The notes under the pieces: model-generated
The model's database searches: none
Told to the model about the DNA's origin: nothing
What the model saw: the letters and a program-made list of their open reading frames with translations, nothing else
In this document: one piece after another, positions 56,808-64,000 of the stretch
How the letters are laid out: every line of letters starts with the position of its first letter
Numbering within the stretch: position 1 is the first letter of the stretch
Program-made: the position numbers and the translations under genes
Source: Bacteroidota bacterium
GTDB taxonomy: Bacteria; Bacteroidota; Bacteroidia; Chitinophagales; Chitinophagaceae
NCBI GenBank assembly: GCA_005884665.1
Contig: VBAT01000008.1
Span: forward strand, 39,105-103,104
Direction of reading: 5' to 3'
Length of the DNA: 64,000 nucleotides

Positions 56808-58760
56808 TTAATTATTATAAGCATTACTACTAACATACGCCGCCAGTTCATTCTTGCTCGCCTGCGATGAAAGTAGATTATATAACTGGCTGAAATTTTC
56901 GGGGTCAGTAATATTGTTGTAAGATAATTTAGCCAGCTCCAGCCTGTTTTTTTCTGAGCTCACTAGTTGAATCAGCTGCTTTGCCTGGGCTACAGTGAAA
57001 TAATTCGTTTCGGTATTAAAAATTTGCGTAAGCCTGCTATATTTTGCGCCAAAACCAAATGTCAACTCCACCTGGGTGTACATGTCTCTAAATGTCGATT
57101 CAGGCATCGCAATCTTTGCCGTTGTCGTAGTTCCATTTTGCATATTTGCGGCAAAAGTTGTGAGATCATTCTTCATTGCAGTAGAGGTGAACAAATCAGA
57201 TAACTGCGAATAATTTGCCGGGTCTACTATATTATCGTAGGCATTCTTTGCCAACGGAAGCCTGTCATTCTCTCTACTGAGGGTCATCAATAATTGCTTT
57301 ACCTGGGAAGTTGTAAAATAATTAGTACTCTTATTAAATGCGTCCGACACCAACTGTACTTTTGATGAAGACGACCAGGCGCTATTGACCGTTCTATATA
57401 AATTATTGAAATCGGCGTCGCTCATGGCGACATCGCTGCCGCCTGTTGATACATTCTCAAAGTCGTTCACATATTTTTTTAGATCATTCCTACTGGCGGT
57501 TGTGTTGAGGAGATCATTAAACTGCTGATAGTTGGACCGATCGACCAGGACTCTATAGGCTGCCTTTGTCAACAGCAGCCTGTTTGCCTCACCACTTACC
57601 AGCGAGATAAGTTTCTTTGCCTGCGCAGCGGTAAAATAATTTCCGGTTGTCGTAAACGCGGCATTAATGGTGTTATAACGCGATGTCGAACTATAAGTAT
57701 TGCTAACCGATTGGTACAATCTGTCAAATTTCGCTGTTGTCATTGCTGTACGTGGACTGGTATTTTCATAGCTGTTGATGTAGGTTTGCAAGGCTGACCT
57801 ATTGGCGTAACTGCTCAACAAGGGATAAATAGTATTGTAGTTCTCCCTGTCAGTGATGCCCCTGTAGGCCGCTTTTGCGAGGGCTAACCTGTCCTCTTCT
57901 CCAGATACCAATTCGATAAATTGTTTGGCTTGTGCTGAAGTGTAAAAATTAAAATCGCGGCCGAAAAAATTGTTGAGATAATAGGTTCTGTCATTAACCG
58001 TTGGCTCAGCCAGTACCTCATTATAAATAACCCTGAATTTTTCATCCGTTATCGCTGCCGTTGTATTATTGTTTTGCGTTTCATCATTTGTCTCAAGAGT
58101 GGTGGTATAGGCATTTAATTCGTTCCTGTTATTCGTGCTGTTCAGCAGGTTACTCACCAGGCTGAAGTTGGTCTTGTCAGAGATCTTTGCATAAGACAGC
58201 TTAGCCAGTTTGAGCCTGGAACTTTCGGAGTTCACCAATTGTATCAATTGACTTGCCTGTTTGGCCGTCATTAGTCTTGTCGAAGTGTTGAATTCGGTTT
58301 CGAGGAAGGAAGTTCTTGTAGCAGAAGAGGTTTTGGCTTTTGTCTGCGAATACAATTTATTGAATGCTGTTGTAGTAATCTGCTTATTTCCATTATAAGT
58401 ATTTCCATTATAAGTTTGTCCCGCGGATCTTGTTTCAGAAGTACTGATACTGCCATTTGAGGCTATGTTTATGGTCAGATCATAGCCGCTCCTTACTGTA
58501 AAACTGGTTTTTGTCGGCTGCCTATAGCTGTTGGAATTACTTCTTGTCAATTCCAGGGTATGCAGCCCCGGCGTCACGTCATTGATCACAATTTCTTTTA
58601 CATCCGTAGTAGTAGTATTGTCGATCGTATAACTATTGTTATCGACGATAATCTGTTTGTGTCGGTTGCCAGTTGCATTTATGGTAACGGTGGATAGGGT
58701 TTGAGTAAAGACGGGACTGGCTGCGATCAGCAATGCCAGGCTAATAAGTAAATTTTTCAT
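56808..58760 (-). CDS. Secreted protein with five tandem DUF4476-like repeats
   Basis: Signal peptide and an N-terminal beta-rich domain of about 125 aa. Five repeats of about 104 aa follow (F..LY...; YFT.AQAKQLI.LVS.E..RL.LAK.aY..I.D..NY; ...L..Y). Confidence 0.65.
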   Translation of the reverse strand: MKNLLISLALLIAASPVFTQTLSTVTINATGNRHKQIIVDNNSYTIDNTTTTDVKEIVINDVTPGLHTLELTRSNSNSYRQPTKTSFTVRSGYDLTINIASNGSISTSETRSAGQTYNGNTYNGNKQITTTAFNKLYSQTKAKTSSATRTSFLETEFNTSTRLMTAKQASQLIQLVNSESSRLKLAKLSYAKISDKTNFSLVSNLLNSTNNRNELNAYTTTLETNDETQNNNTTAAITDEKFRVIYNEVLAEPTVNDRTYYLNNFFGRDFNFYTSAQAKQFIELVSGEEDRLALAKAAYRGITDRENYNTIYPLLSSYANRSALQTYINSYENTSPRTAMTTAKFDRLYQSVSNTYSSTSRYNTINAAFTTTGNYFTAAQAKKLISLVSGEANRLLLTKAAYRVLVDRSNYQQFNDLLNTTASRNDLKKYVNDFENVSTGGSDVAMSDADFNNLYRTVNSAWSSSSKVQLVSDAFNKSTNYFTTSQVKQLLMTLSRENDRLPLAKNAYDNIVDPANYSQLSDLFTSTAMKNDLTTFAANMQNGTTTTAKIAMPESTFRDMYTQVELTFGFGAKYSRLTQIFNTETNYFTVAQAKQLIQLVSSEKNRLELAKLSYNNITDPENFSQLYNLLSSQASKNELAAYVSSNAYNN

Positions 58761-59374
58761 ATCACGAGAATTTTATTATTAACCTAATCAGGTACCAACG
58801 CTGTACCAGCACATAAATCCATCTGTGTCAGAGCAAAGCGATTTGGAATTAATTCGCATCGGTAATTACACGAGGAACATGGGGGAGAAAAAGCCCCAAT
58901 TGGTTGGATCGGCGTCTGAAATCCTGTGAGCGATTGCTATCGGGATCGGGCCGGCAATTCTTATCGGGTCTCAGGATTTTTTACTTCGATTGTGTCGTTA
59001 GGAATGTCCGTCGGAATAAATTTTCAATCAGGAAATATTCTAAAGCAGAATTTATGTTCATCAATTTTTCTTTAATCAAATCTAACTATCCTGTTTCTTC
59101 ATTTCTAAAAAAGAAGATCTACATTGGTTAGGTTTGCACCTTGTCTGAAGGTAGATAGTAATTAAGCAGTTGAGAAAAATCAAATTTTCTTGTCTGCTAA
59201 TACAACCCCGAACAAACCGACACATCCTTGGCATTAATTTTGAATATGTTTTTGTCTTCTTTTGACGTCCTTCTAATCCGCACCCCGTAATACATAATCC
59301 AACAAAAATAAGTTTCGTATTCAAGCCATTGTTCTTCACCGAAGGGGATTTTATTATCCAATAATATCCTATAT

Positions 59375-60883
59375 ATGAAACAGGTACCACCCGCTATGAA
59401 AAGCATTTTCATTCAATGTTATCGTCGCTTTTCGGTTTTAGTAAGAGTTCCCGATAATCACTTGGGAAATAGTCAACGGATCACTTCAATGAAAAATTGG
59501 TTAGTGAATTTGTTTTCGATCAGCATCACGGATGCAATTGACGATTATGAAAAAAGAAAAATTGGCATTTTTAACAAGCTAAACTTCTTTCAGTTTATTA
59601 CTGGAGCAATCGTTCCGGTTACGGGGTTGTTTTATACTTCAAAATTTTCTTTAACGGCATGGCTGATAAGCTGCCTTCCCTCTGTAATAAGCCTGCTTGT
59701 AATGATCCTGAATAGCCGTCAAAAATTCCAGGCCGCTTTTTTTTGTTACTTTATTTTTTATCCCGTGCTCACCTGCCTCGTTTATCTTAATGGAATAAAT
59801 ACGGGATATGAATTGTCATTTATACTTTACGGTATCCTGTCTGTTTTCTTTTTGCAGAATATGGGTTTTATGCTTTTCGCAATCAATCTTTCGATGATCA
59901 GCTATTTTGTGATGTTCATTCTCTGGAAAGAAAACTCTTACCTGTTGAAACCCGTCAACGATGCTGTCTACCTCGCAAACCAGGTGCTGGCTATCGGATA
60001 TATATTCTTTGCATTGCATCTCATAAAACGGGAAAACAGCGGCTACCAGCTGAGCATACTCGCCAGGAACAGGGAGCTTCATGAAAAAAACGCAGAGATC
60101 GAAAAACAAAAAACAGAAATTTCCGAAAAAGCCAGCCTCCTTGAAGAGCAAACGGTGAGGCTGAAAGAAAGTAATCGCGTAAAAAGCAAACTTTTTTCCA
60201 TCATCTCTCATGATCTGAAAACTCCCGTGTTTGCTTTACGTGATGTTTTCAGGCATGCAAAGGAAATGAATGTTTCAACTGAGTACATCCGGGCAATGGT
60301 GCCAGAGATACTGGATGAGTTGAATGACTCATCGGTACTGATCGAAAATCTTTTGCAATGGTCCAAATACCAGATACAGGATAATAGTGTAAGGAGACAA
60401 CTACTCGACCTCGGCAGGCTGGCCAATGAAGCTGTGCGGGCTTTACATCTGCCAGCGAATGCCAAACAGTTATGCATCGAAAAAAGAATAACGTCCCCCG
60501 TCTATGCTTATGCTGACAGGAACATGATCAGCATTGTCCTTCGGAATTTATTATCGAATGCAATCAAGTTTACTCCCGAAAAAGGTCACATCACCATTTG
60601 TGCAGTACAATCCTCTTTTTGCACGGAGTTATATGTACAGGATTCCGGGAAAGGCATCAGCCTGGAAGAAATGAAAAAAATTAATGCCAGCATTTTTTAT
60701 AGTACCAGGGGTACCGGGAATGAAAATGGCACCGGGCTGGGCCTGATGCTTTGCAGAGAATTTATATCAAAAAATGATGGCTGCCTGATGATTGAAAGCG
60801 AGCCGGGCAGAGGTAGCAAATTCTCGTTTACACTGCCTCTTGCAGCAGAGTTTGAAGAAGAGGTGGCCACTGATATCTTTTAA
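59375..60883 (+). CDS. Membrane sensor histidine kinase
   Basis: About 6 TM helices, a coiled-coil linker, H-box FSIISHDLKTPV, N-box LLSNAIKFT, and G-boxes DSGKGI and GTGLGL. The true start may be ATG 59489 (MKNWLVNLF). Confidence 0.85.
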   Translation: MKQVPPAMKSIFIQCYRRFSVLVRVPDNHLGNSQRITSMKNWLVNLFSISITDAIDDYEKRKIGIFNKLNFFQFITGAIVPVTGLFYTSKFSLTAWLISCLPSVISLLVMILNSRQKFQAAFFCYFIFYPVLTCLVYLNGINTGYELSFILYGILSVFFLQNMGFMLFAINLSMISYFVMFILWKENSYLLKPVNDAVYLANQVLAIGYIFFALHLIKRENSGYQLSILARNRELHEKNAEIEKQKTEISEKASLLEEQTVRLKESNRVKSKLFSIISHDLKTPVFALRDVFRHAKEMNVSTEYIRAMVPEILDELNDSSVLIENLLQWSKYQIQDNSVRRQLLDLGRLANEAVRALHLPANAKQLCIEKRITSPVYAYADRNMISIVLRNLLSNAIKFTPEKGHITICAVQSSFCTELYVQDSGKGISLEEMKKINASIFYSTRGTGNENGTGLGLMLCREFISKNDGCLMIESEPGRGSKFSFTLPLAAEFEEEVATDIF

Positions 60884-60960
60884 TCCTGTGAACCAACATA
60901 TCCGGTCCCTGGAAAAGAGCCGCCGGTATTCCCTGCCCTCAGTTGTTCCCGCCTATTATT

Positions 60961-61003
60961 AAGCCTTGCTCCACCTTGAATGCAAGGCTTTTTACTTTTT
61001 TTT
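60961..61003 (+). terminator. Rho-independent terminator of the histidine kinase gene
   Basis: AAGCCTTGC-tccaccttgaat-GCAAGGCTT followed by TTTacTTTTTTTT. Confidence 0.7.
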
Positions 61004-61023
61004 GAAAAAGGGCGATACCGCCT

Positions 61024-61782
61024 TTAAAGAAATTTCACCTCTCCGGTCTTCAAATCATAATACGCGCCCACAATCTTTATCTCACCTTTGCTCTCCATGG
61101 CTTTTAAGACAGGACTTTTTGACCGTACCATTTCCATTGTATTACGGACATTGTTTTTGACGACATATTCTACGTATGGGTCGTTCTCCGGGGTTTTTTC
61201 GCCTGTGAAATCTTTCGATTTAACGAGCGCCGGTTTTATTTTCGAGAGCATAGCTGTAATATTTCCCAGGTGGACATCTTCGATAGCTGCTTTTACGGCG
61301 CCACAGGATTCATGACCAAGGATCACGACAAGCTTCGCGCCTGCTTCCGCGCATCCATACTCCAGGCTGCCCAGGATGTCTTCATCGACAATGTTACCTG
61401 CTATCCTTGCAACAAAAAGGTCTCCTATACGGGCATCGAAGATGTCTTCTACCAATACACGACTGTCTAAACAAGAAAGGATAACCGCCTCGGGATGTTG
61501 GGAGACCAATGCATCGCGAACAATAGAAGAATGATCCCTGGCGGTGATACCACTGCTTGTAAAACGTTTGTTCCCTTCTTTCAAACTGACAATGATTCGA
61601 TCAGGCGTCAATGCATGTTGCTCTGCAGCTGTCAGCACAGTTCTTGGAGGCTTCTGCCTTGGAGATGTTATTGAGTCGTTTTCAGGATAAGGCTTGGAAT
61701 TGGTTTCAGATGAGCTGTGGCAGGAGAGGAGCAATGCAGTAAATCCTACTGCAATACCAATAGGGAAGATTAAGGATTTCAT
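61024..61782 (-). CDS. Beta-class carbonic anhydrase (lipoprotein/secreted form)
   Basis: Zinc ligand motifs CLDSRV and GHESCGAV, with signal/lipobox LLSC. Confidence 0.88.
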   Translation of the reverse strand: MKSLIFPIGIAVGFTALLLSCHSSSETNSKPYPENDSITSPRQKPPRTVLTAAEQHALTPDRIIVSLKEGNKRFTSSGITARDHSSIVRDALVSQHPEAVILSCLDSRVLVEDIFDARIGDLFVARIAGNIVDEDILGSLEYGCAEAGAKLVVILGHESCGAVKAAIEDVHLGNITAMLSKIKPALVKSKDFTGEKTPENDPYVEYVVKNNVRNTMEMVRSKSPVLKAMESKGEIKIVGAYYDLKTGEVKFL

Positions 61783-62066
61783 TGTTTTAATAATTTACTT
61801 GTAAATCGAATGATTCAACCGTAGTGCGGAGACAGAAATGCCAGATGCTGGTCGCTGGATGCTGGATGTCGTCATTGCGAGAAGCGAAGCGACGAAGCAA
61901 TTGGATGCGGCGTAATGCAAGCCAAAGGTAATCAGTTTGCTTTAGCCGAGGGACAATAAATATAAGCAGCAAGAATCGGGTTCCAGCCACGCTAATTGCG
62001 GCACAAAGAAATTCGAAAGCCGATAGGTTCGAATTTCAAGTTTCTGGAGATTGCTACAGGGATCTT

Positions 62067-63272
62067 TTAAAACTGTATGATAGGTAGATCAGGCGGAAGG
62101 CCAAAATATACCTGGCCCGCTGTTTCATAGCGGTTTTCATTCATAAACCCATGCTGGCGGAGCACCTGCGCATCTACCAGGTAATGGGCCAATTTGTTCT
62201 TCATATAAATGCCAGTGGTTCCCGAGGCGGTATATACCAGTTCAATCGCTTCAACACAACTTTGATTGGCGTGGGTAGCCGCTAAGAGCAAACCGGCTTT
62301 TTCTTCTAAGGAAATCGTTTCGCCCCCATTAACCCTGTTCCAGCATTTCCTTATTGTGTGATGCAGGTATGCCCTGTTCCCCTGTACAAGGGCTTCAGCT
62401 CTTCCCAATTTTCTTTGTATAACACCTCTTTCCCTGATTGGCACCATTGACCCCAGAGGTGTTTTCTTATCAGCCAACGTTTTTAGTTCGTTGATTGCGT
62501 TGCGGGCGACACCGATTGTTACCGGCGCAAGAAGACATGCGATATTGGACCCCGCGGCTGGAAACCGGTAAAGGACCCCGGTGTAATACTTGTTAGGTTG
62601 AAAATCGGGAATCAACGGGAAAACCAGATGATCGGGTACAAACACTTCTTTAGCTTCCGCATCATTGCTGTCGGTCGCACGCATTCCCAACGTATTCCAG
62701 GTGTCTATTATCTGGCAATCGGTTGCTTTCATGAAAGCGGCGATTACCTCGGGATGGCCATTAGTCATTTTTGGCTGTTGACCTTCCATTATCAACGCCG
62801 TGGTAAAGATCCACTGTGCCTCATGAATATTACTCAGCAATGGATTTCTTCCATTAATAGCGAAACCGCCCGATACCCGGTTCGCCCGCATCGGCGGATG
62901 AATGCTACCTGCAATAAAAGGATCGGGGTTGTTGTAAAATATTTCCTCTATGCCTTTTTCGGAGAGATGTCCGCCCATAGCAAAGCCGGTATTAACTACC
63001 ATCAATGACCAGGCTGCGGCCGTGTTGTGCCTTGCGATTTCTTCAACCACTTTCGCAGTGGTAAGTGGATCCGCCTCAAGACCTCCTAAGGATTTTGGCG
63101 TAAATAATTTATAAAAACCAGCTTCACGAAGAGTTTTTACCACGGTAGATGATATTCTTCCATTGTTTTCTTCTTCAGTAATATGTTGATTCAAAGCCGG
63201 ACCCAAATCCCGGGCAAGTTGCACAAGATTTTTTTCAGCGACGGGAGTAGCAGTAGCGATCATTGATTCCAT
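62067..63272 (-). CDS. Acyl-CoA dehydrogenase-fold flavoprotein (type-2 ACAD / monooxygenase-like)
   Basis: 401 aa. The N-terminal helical, middle beta and C-terminal helical layout (FYKLFTPKSLGGLEADPLT...; GSNIACLLAPVTIGVARNA...) is typical of ACAD-family proteins. Confidence 0.6.
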   Translation of the reverse strand: MESMIATATPVAEKNLVQLARDLGPALNQHITEEENNGRISSTVVKTLREAGFYKLFTPKSLGGLEADPLTTAKVVEEIARHNTAAAWSLMVVNTGFAMGGHLSEKGIEEIFYNNPDPFIAGSIHPPMRANRVSGGFAINGRNPLLSNIHEAQWIFTTALIMEGQQPKMTNGHPEVIAAFMKATDCQIIDTWNTLGMRATDSNDAEAKEVFVPDHLVFPLIPDFQPNKYYTGVLYRFPAAGSNIACLLAPVTIGVARNAINELKTLADKKTPLGSMVPIRERGVIQRKLGRAEALVQGNRAYLHHTIRKCWNRVNGGETISLEEKAGLLLAATHANQSCVEAIELVYTASGTTGIYMKNKLAHYLVDAQVLRQHGFMNENRYETAGQVYFGLPPDLPIIQF

Positions 63273-63655
63273 ATAAAGATGTTTTAGATGGTGAACCCAT
63301 GGACCTTCAGTAAAACAGTTTAAGGCAACTCCTATGTGCCATACAAGACATCGGGATGCTTGACTGAAAAGATCCAGGGAAAATTAACGGGCTAATCTAT
63401 ATTCTTTTTTCGCCGGTGCCTATAGCATGTTTGTGCTGTTTTGCGATCAATTCGAAGAACCAGGAACGAATCCCGTCAACTGACGGGACTACGAGTGCCA
63501 GGGCCAGGTGAAAAAGCAAAAGTTCGCTGTAAAAAAGCATGGATACTTGCGTACTGGTATTTTAATTTAAAATTTAGTGCTTTTAATTTATTTGGTTCTT
63601 GGATCTTGGTTCTTAGATTATAATTTCGTGCTATCATTCACCTCAGGTAGAAATT

Positions 63656-64000
63656 ATGGCAACATCCTATTGCGATTTTGTTCAAAACTCCGGCAGAGAC
63701 ACCGTTCACCGTCATTACCACGACAATGAATATGGCTTTCCCCTCAAGACCGATGATGAACTATTTGCCAGGTTGGTGCTGGAAATTAACCAGGCCGGTC
63801 TGAGCTGGGAAACGATCCTGAAAAAGAAAGACAATTTCTTTAAGGCCTTCGACAATTTCGATATTGATAAAGTGTCACGGTATACCGGGAAGAAAAAAGA
63901 AAAATTAATGGAGGATGCCGGCATTATCCGCAACCGGCTTAAGATCGAGGCTACGATTGACAACGCAAAAAAAATAAAAACTATCCAAAAAGAATTCGGA
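63656..64000 (+). CDS. tag: DNA-3-methyladenine glycosylase I, 3' end outside the window
   Basis: ATG 63656 gives MATSYCDFVQNSGRDTVHRHYHDNEYGFPLKTDDELFARLVLEINQAGLSWETILKKKDNFFKAFDNFD... This is the Tag signature. The frame is open to the window edge, so it is absent from the ORF track. Confidence 0.88.
   Translation, partial: MATSYCDFVQNSGRDTVHRHYHDNEYGFPLKTDDELFARLVLEINQAGLSWETILKKKDNFFKAFDNFDIDKVSRYTGKKKEKLMEDAGIIRNRLKIEATIDNAKKIKTIQKEFG

Noticed and set aside
59082-59412. 102-aa and 71-aa minus-strand ORFs upstream of the histidine kinase
   Set aside because: The region is AT-rich. The ORFs overlap each other and the kinase ORF start, with no signal, motif or coupling. They are treated as non-coding spacer.
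63715-63963. 82-aa minus-strand ORF at the window end
   Set aside because: It is antisense to an open + strand frame with a strong Tag (3-methyladenine glycosylase I) signature starting at 63656.

Overview
This 64-kb chromosomal segment looks like a Bacteroidota genome, probably Chitinophagaceae or Sphingobacteriia-like. That call is inference only, resting on a T9SS C-terminal sorting domain, TTTG-N19-TAnnTTTG promoters and many Bacteroidota-typical DUF proteins. Most of the window is ordinary core genome. It holds the end of a suf/Fe-S cluster (DUF59, bacilliredoxin, Rrf2), dapD, tsaC, two LPS/glycan glycosyltransferases, cca, miaA, proS, truB, a BamA/TamA-type protein, a TrmH-family methyltransferase, a LolE-like permease, SRP RNA, fsa, valS, aat-clpS, a beta-carbonic anhydrase and tag (3' end cut by the window edge). 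It also holds a conserved RDD/SpoIIM-like/DUF4129/DUF4350/MoxR/DUF58 cluster. RNA genes are tRNA-Leu(CAG), tRNA-Val(TAC) and SRP RNA. The most unusual locus is 54.3-56.7 kb. There a canonical tRNA-Val is followed by three near-identical, structurally non-canonical tRNA-like copies at an exact 113-bp period. After them comes an AT-rich islet with two small lipoprotein cassettes, and then a fifth, degenerate tRNA-like copy. Other notable points are a frameshifted T9SS-sorted reprolysin-like metallopeptidase and a ParA-like gene whose Walker A box lies upstream of any ATG/GTG/TTG. There is a duplicated tRNA-Leu 3' end, and palindromic repeat elements sit in frame inside valS and one other CDS. 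Several families of dispersed intergenic repeats are present, including a perfect heptanucleotide microsatellite. No CRISPR array, transposase, integrase or recognisable defence system was seen.
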